NCBI GenBank assembly: GCA_963754085.1
Contig: CAVWFA010000012.1
Coordinates: 38,638 to 102,637 of the forward strand
From: Candidatus Aminicenantes bacterium
Lineage (GTDB): Bacteria > Acidobacteriota > Aminicenantia > Aminicenantales > Saccharicenantaceae
Direction: 5' to 3'
Length of the DNA: 64,000 bases
Made by a program: the position numbers and the translations under genes. The notes under the pieces were generated by a model. It worked only from the letters and a program-made list of their open reading frames with translations, ran no database searches and had not been told where the DNA came from. Below are positions 29,834-39,960 of this stretch, in pieces. Each line of letters begins with the position of its first letter. The stretch's first letter is position 1.

Positions 29834-30883
29834 TCACCCCGTCGGCAGGCCGGAGGACGGGCTCTCGAGGAAGTCCTTGATATTCTCCAGCGTGATCTTG
29901 ATGTCCGTCAGGACCTGCCCCGATCGGCCGAGGGGTTTGGCCGGCTGGCCGTTCAGCCGGAGCGTGAAGCCTCCGGCGTTGCCGGTGTGGATGAGGAGAC
30001 GTTCGTCGGCCTGGGCCCGGGCTGTGGAGCCGGGAGGGAAAAGGCCGTCGATCTTGAGCTCGCCGTCCGTACGGACCTGGATCCAGGTCTCGGCCTGGAA
30101 GGTGATCTCGACCGTGAGGCCCTTCCAGGCCTTCTCGGCGGCCGGGGCCAACCCGGTCGACCCGGTCGGCGCGGCTGTCGCGGACGGCGCGGACGGCGCG
30201 GGCTCGGCCTGGGCGGCGGGAGCGGTCACCGTCTCCGAGCGCGGCGCGGATGAGGGGGTCGTTTCCGGCGTGTTCGTCGTCGTCGGCGGGACGACGGCTT
30301 CGGCGGCGGTCTTCCCGGGTTGGGGCTCGTCGGCCTTGTGCCGCCGGGACGGCCAGACGACGATGATCACGGCCACGAGGAGAACGGCCGCGAGGCTGCG
30401 CCAGGTCCAGGCCAGGATGCGCTTGCGGGCCGCTTCCGAGAGCCTGGGCTTGGGGGCTTCTTCGAAGTGGACCGTGGGGGCGGCTTTCTCGATATCCGGG
30501 GGGGCTTCGGGCTCTGCGGCCGGGGCCGGTTCGATCGCCGGCGCGGGTTCGGCGGGGACGACGGGGGTGATGGTCTCGGCAGGCTCGGCCCGCGGCGCGG
30601 CTTTTGGAGCGAACCTCGGAAAGGGCTTCCTTTCCGGCGCGTCGGCTTCGAGAAGTCCGGCCGCCTTGTAGCGGTTCAGGACCTCCTCGGGATCGAGCCC
30701 GACCGATTTGGCGTAGGTGCGGATGATCCCCCGGATGAAGAACCCGCCGGGCATCTGGTCCAGGCGGTCGGCCTCCAGGGCCTCGAGATAGCGAGGGACG
30801 ATCTTGGTGGCCGAGGCGATCTCCTCGATGGAGATGTTGCGCGCCTCGCGCTCCTCCCGTAAGGCCTGACCCAGAGATGCCAT
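29834..30883 (-). CDS. rodZ: RodZ-like cytoskeleton protein, with HTH, TM and DUF4115 regions.
   Basis: An N-terminal XRE HTH (ISIEEIASATKIVPRYLEALE) is followed by a Pro/Ala-rich linker, a TM segment and a DUF4115-like C-terminus. Confidence 0.65.
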   Translation of the reverse strand: MASLGQALREEREARNISIEEIASATKIVPRYLEALEADRLDQMPGGFFIRGIIRTYAKSVGLDPEEVLNRYKAAGLLEADAPERKPFPRFAPKAAPRAEPAETITPVVPAEPAPAIEPAPAAEPEAPPDIEKAAPTVHFEEAPKPRLSEAARKRILAWTWRSLAAVLLVAVIIVVWPSRRHKADEPQPGKTAAEAVVPPTTTNTPETTPSSAPRSETVTAPAAQAEPAPSAPSATAAPTGSTGLAPAAEKAWKGLTVEITFQAETWIQVRTDGELKIDGLFPPGSTARAQADERLLIHTGNAGGFTLRLNGQPAKPLGRSGQVLTDIKITLENIKDFLESPSSGLPTG

Positions 30884-30912
30884 TTGCGTTGATTCTAGGA
30901 TAAAAGAGAGAA

Positions 30913-31008
30913 GGGGTCAAACCTAAATTCTTACAATTTTCGATTCCCTGGGCGCAAGAGGCGACCCTGCCTAGGCGACGAAAATTATAAGAATTTAGGT
31001 TTGACCCC
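30913..31008. repeat. Foldback element family A, copy A4 (arm type 1).
   Basis: GGGGTCAAACCTAAATTCTTACAATTTTCG ... CGAAAATTATAAGAATTTAGGTTTGACCCC around a unique 37-nt core. It lies between the rodZ start and the ftsX stop. Confidence 0.85.
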
Positions 31009-31011
31009 CTC

Positions 31012-31908
31012 CTAGACCTTCAGGAACTTCGAGACCGAGGTGGCGCTGCCGATGAAGCCGGTGGCCGCCCCGCCGACGAGCAGGGCGACGGCCTGGGTCA
31101 GGTCGGGATAGCGGAAGCGCAGGAGCTCCTGGAGCGCCCCGAGGGACGCCCCGAGATAGACGGGGAAGAGCTGGATGACGATGAAAAGAAGGCCCAGCGA
31201 GAGCAGGCTCCCGAGGAGCCCCAGCGTGATGCCCTCGAGCCAGAAGGGGATGCGGATGAACAGGTTCGTCCCGCCGACGAGCCGGAGGATCTCGATCTCG
31301 TTCCTGCGGGCGAAGACGTTGAGCTTGACGACGTTGGAGATGATGAAGAACGAGGTCAGGATAAGGATACCGCCCAGGAACGCCCCGATGGCCCCGGCCA
31401 GGCGGCTGAAGCCCTGCATCTTCTCGACCCAATCCTGATTGAACAGGACATCGGTGACGCCCGGGCGCTTCTTCATGCCCTCGACGAAGGCGACGACCTC
31501 CTTCGAGGCGGAGGCCCTGGCGTTGACCCGGACTTCGAGCGCCGGCGGAAACGGATTGGCCTTGAGGCCGGCCACGACGTCGGCGAGCTCGGGAAAATTC
31601 AGGCGGAACCTCTCCAACGCTTCGTCGGCCGAGACCAGCTTGACGCTCTCGACGAAGGCCGGCCGGGCGATCTCCTGGCGAACGGCCTCCACGGCGCCGG
31701 CCGAGAGCTTGGCATCGAGATAGAAGGCGATGCTCATGTTGCTCGACAACTCGCGGGCCGTGTCCCGGAGATTGTTGGTCAGCGACACGAAGATGCCGAC
31801 CGTGAGGAAGGACAGGCAGATGATGGTCACGGAGAAGAGGTTCCGCGTCCGGAACTGCCACAGGTTGTTGCCCGTGACCCGGAAGAAGAACTTCACCTTC
31901 TCGATCAC
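31012..31908 (-). CDS. ftsX: Cell division permease FtsX, with a probable GTG start.
   Basis: The FtsX topology and the C-terminal TM bundle are present. The start overlaps the ftsE stop (GTGA). Confidence 0.75.
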   Translation of the reverse strand: MIEKVKFFFRVTGNNLWQFRTRNLFSVTIICLSFLTVGIFVSLTNNLRDTARELSSNMSIAFYLDAKLSAGAVEAVRQEIARPAFVESVKLVSADEALERFRLNFPELADVVAGLKANPFPPALEVRVNARASASKEVVAFVEGMKKRPGVTDVLFNQDWVEKMQGFSRLAGAIGAFLGGILILTSFFIISNVVKLNVFARRNEIEILRLVGGTNLFIRIPFWLEGITLGLLGSLLSLGLLFIVIQLFPVYLGASLGALQELLRFRYPDLTQAVALLVGGAATGFIGSATSVSKFLKV

Positions 31909-32573
31909 CGGTGCGCTTCCTTCCCGACGATCTTGCCCTTCTGGAGGAACAGGATGTTGTCGCCGAAATGCCGGATGAGCTCCCGGTCGTGGCTGCCGAT
32001 GATGACCGTGGCCCCCTGCTTGCTGATCTCCTTGAAAAGGGTGATGATCTCGAAGGCCAGCTCCGGGTCGAGGTTGCCGGTCGGCTCGTCGGCCAGGATG
32101 ATCTCGGGGTTGTTGACGACAGCCCGGGCGATGGCCACGCGCTGCTGCTCGCCGTAGGACAGGCGGCCGGGCAGCTCCCACATCTTCTGGTGGAGGTTGA
32201 CCTTCTGGAGCGTGGCGAAGACGCGCCGCCGGATCTCCTTGCGGCCGACGCCGATGACCTGGAGGGGCACGGCCACGTTGTCGAAGACCGTCCGGTGGAA
32301 CATGAGCCGGAAGTCCTGGAAGACGAGGCCCATGGTCCGTCGCAGCGTGTAGATCCGGCTGTCGCGGACCTTGAGGATATTGATGCCGTTGATGAGGATC
32401 TGGCCCTCGGTCGGCAGGATCTCGCGGAAGATCGTCTTGAGGAGCGTCGTCTTGCCCGAGCCGCTCGGCCCGGTGATGAAGTAGAAGTCGCCGTCGTTGA
32501 TCTGGAGGGTGACGTCCGACAGGGCCCAGTACGGCTTCTGGTACTGCTTCCAGATGTGAAAGAGCTCGATCAC
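31905..32573 (-). CDS. ftsE: Cell division ATP-binding protein FtsE.
   Basis: Walker A (GPSGSGKTT), the ABC signature (LSYGEQQR) and Walker B (ILADEPTGNLD) are all present. Confidence 0.9.
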   Translation of the reverse strand: MIELFHIWKQYQKPYWALSDVTLQINDGDFYFITGPSGSGKTTLLKTIFREILPTEGQILINGINILKVRDSRIYTLRRTMGLVFQDFRLMFHRTVFDNVAVPLQVIGVGRKEIRRRVFATLQKVNLHQKMWELPGRLSYGEQQRVAIARAVVNNPEIILADEPTGNLDPELAFEIITLFKEISKQGATVIIGSHDRELIRHFGDNILFLQKGKIVGKEAHR

Positions 32574-32574
32574 T

Positions 32575-32757
32575 CTATTTCTTGATGAACAGGAACATGA
32601 GCCAGCCGAAGAGCAGGGCCCCGGCCGTCATGACGGCGAACAGGAGCAGGCCGTAGCGGAGCCGGCTCTTGAGGTCGGGCCGGCGGATGAGGGCCAGGAC
32701 GAGCGCGACGAAGGCGGCGTATACGACCATCGACAGAAGGTGGCTCTCGAAGATCAT
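32575..32757 (-). CDS. Small 60-aa membrane protein upstream of ftsE.
   Basis: A short hydrophobic ORF in operon position. It overlaps its neighbours by 1-4 bp. Confidence 0.35.
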   Translation of the reverse strand: MIFESHLLSMVVYAAFVALVLALIRRPDLKSRLRYGLLLFAVMTAGALLFGWLMFLFIKK

Positions 32758-33131
32758 GGTTTCTTCCCGGCTCCGATGTCGTAAGCGTCGAGGGCGATGA
32801 GGAAATTGAGCAGCCCGGCCCCGGCGATGTAAGCGGTCCCGAACTCGAACGTGGCCCGCTCGAGCGATCCGCCGCCCCAGTGGAAGTAGTGCGACAGGCC
32901 GTAGAAGAGCCCGTTGCCCAGGTCGGCGAAGAAGGCCAGGATGGTCAGCGGGTTGTCGGTCTGGAAAGGATAGACGCGGCCGCCCATGGCCAGGCCGAGG
33001 CCGGTCATGGCGAAGATCGAGACGAAGAAGAGGGCGGCCCTCGCGTACTTCTTCTGGATCGCGTGGCCGAGGCCGGGGACGGCCCAACCCAGGATCATGG
33101 CCAAAATGCCTTTGATTTTCATCAAGGGCAT
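32754..33131 (-). CDS. Hypothetical 125-aa membrane protein.
   Basis: An ORF with 3-4 TM helices at the head of the ftsEX operon. Confidence 0.4.
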   Translation of the reverse strand: MPLMKIKGILAMILGWAVPGLGHAIQKKYARAALFFVSIFAMTGLGLAMGGRVYPFQTDNPLTILAFFADLGNGLFYGLSHYFHWGGGSLERATFEFGTAYIAGAGLLNFLIALDAYDIGAGKKP

Positions 33132-33203
33132 CTTAATGGAATCCCGGGGGCAAATCAATAGGGGACAGGTCCCCGATTTCCCGCCGCGTGCTAGAATATC
33201 CCC

Positions 33204-34060
33204 ATGCCCGAGCTGCCCGAGGTCGAAACGATCGCCCGGTCGCTCCAGCCGCGCGTCAAAGGCCGGGCCATCGCCGCGGTCGAACTCCTCTATCGTCCGC
33301 TCCTCCGGACCGGCGGGCGGAGGGCGCTCGAGGCCTTGCGCGGCCGTCGCATCCTCCGGGTCCGGCGTCGCGGCAAGCTGCTCCTCATCGAGTGCGAGGG
33401 CGCCCGGACGCTCGTCTTCCATCTCAAGATGACCGGCCAGTTCCTGTTCGCCGGGGAGGGCGCGCCGCGCGACAAGCACGTCCGGCTCGCCATCCGCTTC
33501 GAGGACGGACGGGACGAGGTCCGGTTCCGCGACGTCCGGAAGTTCGGATTCCTGCTCTGCCTCGAAGGCGAGCCGGAGCGGGCCTGCGCCGAGCTCGCCG
33601 GCCTGGGTCCCGAGCCGCTCGACGTCGGACTTGCGGAGTTCCGGGCCATCCTCGAAGGCGCGCAAGGGCCGCGTCAAGAGCCTGCTCCTCGACCAAACCC
33701 GGATCGCCGGCGTCGGCAATATCTACGCCGACGAGACGCTCTTCGATGGCCCGCATCCACCCGGAGACGCCGGCTTCGTCGCTGAAGCCCGGCGAGGTCG
33801 AGCGGCTTTACCTGTCCATGCGGAAGATCCTCGCCGCGGCCGTCGAGGCCGGCGGCTCGACGCTCACGGATGCCGGGTATCACGACGCGGACGGCAACGC
33901 CGGCGACTTCCAGTTCTCCCACAAGGTCTACGGCCGGAAGGGGGAGCCGTGCCTCGCCTGCGGCACCCCTGTCGCCATGAAGCGCGTCGGCGGCCGCTCG
34001 AGCCATTTCTGCCCCAGGTGTCAGAGGAAGCGGGCGCGCCGCCGCACAAAGTCCTTGTAA
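33204..34060 (+). CDS. mutM: Formamidopyrimidine-DNA glycosylase (Fpg/MutM). The frame is interrupted by two 1-bp indels near 33662 and 33742.
   Basis: MPELPEVE (the N-terminal Pro nucleophile), the H2TH segment KSLLLDQTRIAGVGNIYADE and the C-terminal zinc finger CLACGTP...CPRCQ are found in three different frames. Confidence 0.75.
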
Positions 34061-34124
34061 GTGGAGCCCGGCCGCATTGAAAACCCATCCCCGTTCGGCT
34101 ATAGTAAGGGCGCTTCCTCAGAAT

Positions 34125-34199
34125 GCCCCTGTAGCTCAGTATGGATAGAGCAGCAGATTCCTAATCTGTTTGTCGCCTGTTCGAGTCAGGCCAGGGGCA
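34125..34199 (+). tRNA. tRNA-Arg (anticodon CCT).
   Basis: A hand-folded cloverleaf: 7-bp acceptor stem GCCCCTG/CAGGGGC, D-arm GCTC/GAGC, anticodon stem GCAGA/TCTGT with loop TTCCTAA, T-arm GCCTG-TTCGAGT-CAGGC and discriminator A. Confidence 0.8.
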
Positions 34200-34311
34200 T
34201 TTCCTTTATCCCCCCCAAGGCCGCCGCCCTCCGGAACAGCCCCCGCATGGTGGAACCTATCGACATCGCTGTTCGTCCTTCAAGATGGAAGTCCTTACCA
34301 AGGAGGTCCTC

Positions 34312-36552
34312 ATGCTCCCCGGATCCCGTCGCTTCCTCGGCCGAACCGCCGGACTTCTCGCGGTCCTATTCCTCCTCCCGGGCCGCCCGTTTCTGCAGGA
34401 CAAGCCGGACGACGTCGCGATCAAGTACCCCGAGATCGCGGGCGTCTACGAGCTGCCCGTGCCCGGAGAGGGGACGCTCGTCCTCCAAGTGTATTTCAAG
34501 GACGGAACGCTCCGGACCGTCAAGGCCGGCGACGCCGAATCGACGACGTGGGATCCGGTCGAAGGGAAAGAGCTGGAATTCGCGAAGGTTTCCCAAAAAC
34601 AGGGGACCTTTCATCTCGTTTTCGCGAAAGACGAGCAGGGGCGCTACACGAGATTCCGGGTCGTCAACGAGGCGGCGAAGATGGACTCGACGGGCGTCAA
34701 AATAGCGGACCTGGACGACGCCAAGTCCGATCCCGCCTCGCCCAGCGACCGCCAGGGCTATTTCGAGAGGCATTACCGGAAATCCGAGCATCGGATCCCC
34801 ATGCGGGACGGCGTCCGTCTCTTCACCCAGGTCTACAGTCCGCTCGACCGGTCCGAGCTCCATCCCATCGTTCTTTTCCGGACGCCCTACGGGATCTCGC
34901 CTTACGGCGAGGCCTTCCAGAACATGACCTTCCCCTCTCTTTTCTTCGCCAAGGAGAATTATATCCTCGTCTGCCAGGACGTCCGGGGCACGACCATGTC
35001 CGAAGGGACGTTCGTATACAACACCCCTTATATCAAGGACAAGAAGACCCCCGCCGACGTCGACGAGAGCAGTGACGCTTACGACACGATCGAATGGCTG
35101 CTCAAGACGGTCCCCGGCCATAACGGCAAGGTCGGGGTTTGGGGCATCTCTTATCCCGGCTTCACCGCGGCGATGGCCGCCATCTCCGCGCATCCGGCCG
35201 TGCGGGCCGTCTCGCCCCAGGCTCCCATGGCCGATCTCTTCCTGGGCGATGACGGCCACCACAACGGAGCCCTGTACCTCGCTCACTACGTGAATTACCT
35301 GTATTCCATGGGGCAGCCCCGCAAAGGACCCTCGGCGGACCCGGTTCCCAGGCTTCGCTTCCCCACGCCGGACGGGTATTCGTTCTTCCTCCGATCAGGC
35401 CCCCTGAAGAGCATCACCGAGAAGGTCCTGACGGTCGACAACAAGCCTTGGGCCGACTTGATGGCGCACGAAACCTACGATGCGTACTGGAAGACGCATT
35501 CGATCTACCCGCACCTGCAAGGCATCAAGCCGGCGATCCTGACGGTCGGGGGCTGGTACGACGCCGAAGACCTCCTCGGCACGCTGCTGACGTATAAAAC
35601 GGTCGAAAAGCGGAACCCCGGCCTGCAGAACACGATCGTCATGGGTCCCTGGGCCCACAGCCGATGGAATCTGCTGGCGGGCGGGACGGAGGACAGGGGC
35701 GTTTTCGCCTTCAGCGGGACCAGGGCCTATTTTCAAGAGAAGATCGAGCTCCCGTTCTTCAATCACTACCTGAAGGGCGGAGGGCCCTTGGACATCCCCG
35801 AGGCCGTCGTCTTCGAAACCGGCACCGATCAGTGGCGGTCCTATGACACCTGGCCTCCCGCGGCCGCGAAGGAGCGGAAGCTGTTCTTCGCGGATGGCGG
35901 CCGGCTGTCCTTCGGCCAGGCCGCGGGCCCGTCGAGCGCGGAATTCGATGAATACGTCAGCGACCCGTCCAAACCCGTGCCCTATACCATGCGGACCACG
36001 GCCACATATTACCGGGATTATTTCGTCGAGGACCAGCGGTTCGCGGCCTCGCGGCCGGACGTTCTCGTGTTCTCCAGCGAGGCGCTCGCGGAGGACCTCA
36101 CGATCACGGGGCCGATCAAGGCCGAACTCTATGTCTCGACGACCGGGACGGACGCGGATTGGGTCGTCAAGGTGATCGACGTCTACCCCGACGATTCCCC
36201 CGACCCGAAGACCAATCCCGGGAATATCCGCATGGGCGGCTACCAAAGGCTCATCCGCGGGGACATCATCCGCGGGAAATTCCGCAACAGCTTCGAAAAG
36301 CCGGAGCCGTTCGTTCCGGGCCGCGTGACCGAGGTCGAATTCGAGCTGCCCGATATTCAGCACGCCTTTCTCAAAGGGCACCGGATCATGGTCCAGGTCC
36401 AAAGCTCGTGGTTCCCCCTCTTCGACCGCAATCCCCAGACGTTCTGTGACATCCGGACGGCCCGCGAAACGGATTTCCGAAAGGCGACTCACCGTCTCTA
36501 TCATACGCGCCGCCATCCGTCGGGCCTGGTGTTCAAGGTTCTCGCCAACTGA
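34312..36552 (+). CDS. CocE/NonD-family hydrolase (S15 X-Pro dipeptidyl-peptidase-like) with an N-terminal extra domain.
   Basis: The GISYPG nucleophile elbow, an AAGGAGG RBS 7 nt upstream of the ATG at 34312 and a C-terminal beta-sandwich domain are present. Confidence 0.7.
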   Translation: MLPGSRRFLGRTAGLLAVLFLLPGRPFLQDKPDDVAIKYPEIAGVYELPVPGEGTLVLQVYFKDGTLRTVKAGDAESTTWDPVEGKELEFAKVSQKQGTFHLVFAKDEQGRYTRFRVVNEAAKMDSTGVKIADLDDAKSDPASPSDRQGYFERHYRKSEHRIPMRDGVRLFTQVYSPLDRSELHPIVLFRTPYGISPYGEAFQNMTFPSLFFAKENYILVCQDVRGTTMSEGTFVYNTPYIKDKKTPADVDESSDAYDTIEWLLKTVPGHNGKVGVWGISYPGFTAAMAAISAHPAVRAVSPQAPMADLFLGDDGHHNGALYLAHYVNYLYSMGQPRKGPSADPVPRLRFPTPDGYSFFLRSGPLKSITEKVLTVDNKPWADLMAHETYDAYWKTHSIYPHLQGIKPAILTVGGWYDAEDLLGTLLTYKTVEKRNPGLQNTIVMGPWAHSRWNLLAGGTEDRGVFAFSGTRAYFQEKIELPFFNHYLKGGGPLDIPEAVVFETGTDQWRSYDTWPPAAAKERKLFFADGGRLSFGQAAGPSSAEFDEYVSDPSKPVPYTMRTTATYYRDYFVEDQRFAASRPDVLVFSSEALAEDLTITGPIKAELYVSTTGTDADWVVKVIDVYPDDSPDPKTNPGNIRMGGYQRLIRGDIIRGKFRNSFEKPEPFVPGRVTEVEFELPDIQHAFLKGHRIMVQVQSSWFPLFDRNPQTFCDIRTARETDFRKATHRLYHTRRHPSGLVFKVLAN

Positions 36553-36652
36553 TCGGAGACCTTGCGCTGGGCGTGAGGGCTTATTGACAAATAAACGGTG
36601 TGTGGCAGATATTAATGATCGGGAAAACCGGGGCACCTGGAGCGTGAATCAA

Positions 36653-37051
36653 ATGAAGAAGATCATTGTGATAGGCGTTATCATCCTTGTCCTGGTCGGC
36701 GGAGGCCTTTTCTGGTGGCGGCATTATTTCGTCTTCGGCGAGGGCGTCAAGGCGGGGACGCTCAACTACATCGTCAAGAAGGGCTATGTCTTCAAGACCT
36801 GGGAGGGCAAGCTGATCCAATCGGGTTTCAAAACCCCGACTCCCGGAGCCATCCAGAGCAACGAGTTCCAGTTCAGCATCGTGAACGACAGCGTCGCCAT
36901 GGCCCTCGAGAGGGCGAGCGGCAAGTTCGTCGAGCTGCGTTATAAAGAGTATCTTTCGACGCTGCCCTGGAGAGGGATGAGCAAATATGTTGTCATCGAA
37001 ATATTGAACATCAAAGATCTCGATCCGGCGACCGGACTGCCCTATCGCTGA
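36653..37051 (+). CDS. Hypothetical protein with an N-terminal TM anchor (132 aa).
   Basis: An ORF whose N-terminal hydrophobic segment is MKKIIVIGVIILVLVGGGLFWW. Confidence 0.4.
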   Translation: MKKIIVIGVIILVLVGGGLFWWRHYFVFGEGVKAGTLNYIVKKGYVFKTWEGKLIQSGFKTPTPGAIQSNEFQFSIVNDSVAMALERASGKFVELRYKEYLSTLPWRGMSKYVVIEILNIKDLDPATGLPYR

Positions 37052-37135
37052 GCGGCCCGCCGGCGCGAATGACGCGAACGACTTTTTCGCATTTCTGATC
37101 TCATTTCTCCGACCGCTGAGGGAGGGCTCCCGCCG

Positions 37136-37504
37136 ATGAAGCCGCGCTATCGGAGCATGATCCGGAAGATGGAGGTCCGGGAAGGCCGGGCCCCGGCCCC
37201 CGCGGACGGGGCCAACTGGTCGCTCTACATCTTGAAGTGCAGCGACGGGAGCTTCTACACGGGGGTCACCAACGATATCGACAGACGCTTCCGGGCGCAC
37301 CAGGAGGGCAAGGCCTCCCGGTTCACCCGCACGCGCCGGCCCGTCGCCCTCGTCCATCAGGAACCGTGCGGCACCCGTTCCCAGGCGCTGACCCGGGAGT
37401 GCGCCGTCAAGTCCCTGAGCCGGCAGAAGAAGGAAGATCTCGTCGCCGGCGGGCCGTCAGCGGGCCCGTCGAGGAAGCGGGATAATCAGCGCGATCGGGG
37501 CTAG
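37136..37504 (+). CDS. GIY-YIG nuclease family protein (UPF0213-like).
   Basis: The GIY-YIG core WSLYILKCSDGSFYTGVTNDIDRRFRAHQ is present. The start may instead be an internal Met. Confidence 0.6.
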   Translation: MKPRYRSMIRKMEVREGRAPAPADGANWSLYILKCSDGSFYTGVTNDIDRRFRAHQEGKASRFTRTRRPVALVHQEPCGTRSQALTRECAVKSLSRQKKEDLVAGGPSAGPSRKRDNQRDRG

Positions 37505-37708
37505 TCTGCCGGCCGGACCCGCCTTTTCCGGCTGAAGGGACCCGCCATGGGCTTAACGGTCATATGGGGACAATCCGCTTTTGGTGGCTTTTTGGCCGGA
37601 ATCCTGATATAAATACCCCTGGGCAACGACCTCCCGGCCGAGGAAAGACGGCTTTCCCCACTGGTGGCTATGCCGGGCCAACATCGTTCGATCGAAGAGG
37701 AGACACAA

Positions 37709-38140
37709 ATGGGATTCATGCGGAAACAAATGCTCCTGCAGCAAAGAGCGTCTTTCGAGCAGACTCTCCAGGAACGCATGTCCTCGCTATCCAAGAAGGG
37801 GATCCAACCTCCCAAGACCGACAAGGACCCGATCGTCAAGAAGCTGAAGGCCGACATCAAAGCGGTCAACAAGAGGCTTCGGGCGGTCGCCGAAAACGAT
37901 AAGAAGACGGAAGAGAATACGAAGAGGAAAGCCGATAGGGCCGCCGCCCCCAAGGTGGAGGAAGCCCCTAAGAGCGAGAAGCCGAAGAAAGCCTCCGAAG
38001 AGGGCAAGGTCAAGAAGGCCAAGCCCGAAGGCGGCAAGAGCCCGAAGCCTGCCGGAGAAGGCAAGGCCGAGAAGAAAAAGGGCGCCGCGGGGCCAGCGGA
38101 GGCGCCGGCCGGCCCCGTCAAGACCCCCGAAACATCCTGA
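37709..38140 (+). CDS. Lys/Ala/Pro/Glu-rich basic protein, histone-H1-like.
   Basis: A GAGGAG RBS precedes the gene. The low-complexity C-terminal tail is KAPE-rich. Confidence 0.4.
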   Translation: MGFMRKQMLLQQRASFEQTLQERMSSLSKKGIQPPKTDKDPIVKKLKADIKAVNKRLRAVAENDKKTEENTKRKADRAAAPKVEEAPKSEKPKKASEEGKVKKAKPEGGKSPKPAGEGKAEKKKGAAGPAEAPAGPVKTPETS

Positions 38141-38220
38141 GGTCTTGAAAAAGGAGGGAACGGAGCCCGACGCGTCGCCGCCTCCGGGCGCCGCCCCCTC
38201 TTCGTGTCAACGTTTCCGGC

Positions 38221-39543
38221 CTACTTCTTCTCGACCTTTTTCTCGACGGCCTGCTTTTCCACACCCGGGGACGCGTTGCGGACGAACTCGGCTTTCTTGA
38301 GGTAGTCGTCGGCCTCGGCCTTGAGCTGGGCCAGCTTCTTCTCGAGATCGGCCTTCTTCGCCGCATCGGTCTCCTTCGACATCGCGAACTCGACCTTCTT
38401 CATCTGCAGCATGCGCTCCTTCGCGCCGATCTCCAGGGACAAGACCTTTTGGCTCTTTAGCTCGGCCTGGATCTTCTCCCGCTCGGCGGCATCGGTCGTC
38501 TCGTCGAGCCGCGCCTTGAGCTTGGCCATCTCCTCCGCGTTCTGCTGCTTCATCTGCTCGAGCTTGAGCATCTTGTCCTGGAAAGCCTTGGCCATCTCCT
38601 CCTCGGACTGCTTCGCGGGCGCTCCGCCGACTTTCGCCGCGCCCTCCTGCCCGCTCTGCACCGACGCGCCCGGGGCCGCTTTGACGATCGTCCTGGACTC
38701 GGCGAAGGCCAGAACGAGGGCCAGCGCCAAGGGCAGCGCGAGCAGCGGTTTCCACCGGGCCAATCCTCTTGTTTCCTGTCGGGATAGCATGACGATTCTC
38801 CTTTTGATTTGGGATGTCCGGAAGCTGCTCGCCAATTCGAGCAGCTGTCCGCCCACATGCTGCTCGACGATGAGCAGCTGATACCGGGCCAGACCGCAGC
38901 CCTGCGCGATGACGGCGCGGTCGGCCAGGTATTCGTGGGTTTCGCGCAGCGAACTTTTGTACGGCCATACAAAAGGATTGAACCATTGGATGACGGTCAA
39001 CAATTCCGAAAAGATGATATCGAACGAATGGAGCTGCCGGACGTGGGCCAGCTCGTGGGTCAGGACCCGGTCCATGTCCGCCTCGGGGATGTGCGACTTG
39101 TTGAGAAAGACGAATTTGAAGAACGAGAAGGACTCGCCGGGGTGGCCGCAGAGGACGACCTTCAAGCCATGGTGGCGGACGCAGCCGCAGCGGCCGACCA
39201 GGAGCGCCAGACGCCCCAGGCGGACGAGGAAGAGGAGGAGGAACAGTCCGGCGCCGGCGAGATAGGCGACAGACAGGATGTCGGGAAGGCCGATGCTTTG
39301 GGCCGGCGCTGCGGCGGCCGCCGTGTCCACAGAGACCGGCAGGGCCCGGGAATAGACCACGGTCCTGACGAAAGGCGACGGGACCCGGAGCAAGGGCAGG
39401 CCCAGCGAGAGGACGGCCCCCCCCAGGAGGAACGCGCGGTTGAGGGCGAAGAACGTCTCCCGCCTCAGGACGAGCCAGTAGAAGGCGTAGAAAAGGGCGA
39501 GGTACGCGCCGGAACGGATGAGATAGGCGGCGGGGTCAGCCAT
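38221..39543 (-). CDS. blaR1: BlaR1/MecR1-family M56 peptidase sensor-transducer.
   Basis: The zinc-peptidase motif HELAHVRQLH is embedded in a TM region, and the extracellular C-terminal domain is coiled-coil-rich. The start overlaps blaI. Confidence 0.7.
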   Translation of the reverse strand: MADPAAYLIRSGAYLALFYAFYWLVLRRETFFALNRAFLLGGAVLSLGLPLLRVPSPFVRTVVYSRALPVSVDTAAAAAPAQSIGLPDILSVAYLAGAGLFLLLFLVRLGRLALLVGRCGCVRHHGLKVVLCGHPGESFSFFKFVFLNKSHIPEADMDRVLTHELAHVRQLHSFDIIFSELLTVIQWFNPFVWPYKSSLRETHEYLADRAVIAQGCGLARYQLLIVEQHVGGQLLELASSFRTSQIKRRIVMLSRQETRGLARWKPLLALPLALALVLAFAESRTIVKAAPGASVQSGQEGAAKVGGAPAKQSEEEMAKAFQDKMLKLEQMKQQNAEEMAKLKARLDETTDAAEREKIQAELKSQKVLSLEIGAKERMLQMKKVEFAMSKETDAAKKADLEKKLAQLKAEADDYLKKAEFVRNASPGVEKQAVEKKVEKK

Positions 39544-39922
39544 GTGTTTCCGCTTTCTGCTTCTTGATCTCTTCGCGGAGGGCGGTCAGGATCTCCTCGA
39601 GCTCGGCCAGGGTCAGGGTCCTGTCCTTGGCGAAGAAAGACACCAGCTCCTGGTAGGAGTCGCCGAAATAGTCCTTGACGAAGTTTTTGAGGAAGGCCTG
39701 AGTGTAGTCCTCCTTGGCGACGATCGGCCGGTAAAGGTGGGTCTTGCCGAACGCCTCGTGGTCGACGAAGCCCTTCTTCTCCAGGATCCGGACGACGGTC
39801 GAGACCGTGTTGTACGCGGGCTTGGGCGAGGGCAGGCGCTCGATGATGTCCTTGACGTAGGCCTTTTCGAGGGCCCACAGGACGTGCATGATCTGCTCTT
39901 CGGCTCGGGTGAGTTCTTTCAT
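39536..39922 (-). CDS. blaI: BlaI/MecI/CopY-family transcriptional repressor.
   Basis: A 128-aa winged-helix protein (HVLWALEKAYVKDIIERL...NTVSTVVRILEKKGFV). Confidence 0.8.
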   Translation of the reverse strand: MKELTRAEEQIMHVLWALEKAYVKDIIERLPSPKPAYNTVSTVVRILEKKGFVDHEAFGKTHLYRPIVAKEDYTQAFLKNFVKDYFGDSYQELVSFFAKDRTLTLAELEEILTALREEIKKQKAETHG

Positions 39923-39931
39923 GGCGCTCCT

Positions 39932-39960
39932 AATATAAAACTAAATCGTTAGTTTGTCAA
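39932..39960 (-). promoter_or_regulatory. blaI promoter on the minus strand (-35 TTGACA, 17-nt spacer, -10 TATATT) with a perfect dyad AAACTAA-cgat-TTAGTTT in the spacer. The dyad is a likely BlaI operator.
   Basis: The motifs are read directly from the sequence. An AGGAG RBS and the ATG follow. Confidence 0.5.

Noticed and set aside
37505-37708. Possible ncRNA or sigma-factor promoter in the 200-bp gap between the GIY-YIG gene and the basic protein gene.
   Set aside because: Only weak -35/-10-like hexamers with poor spacing were found, and there is no convincing secondary structure. The evidence is insufficient.
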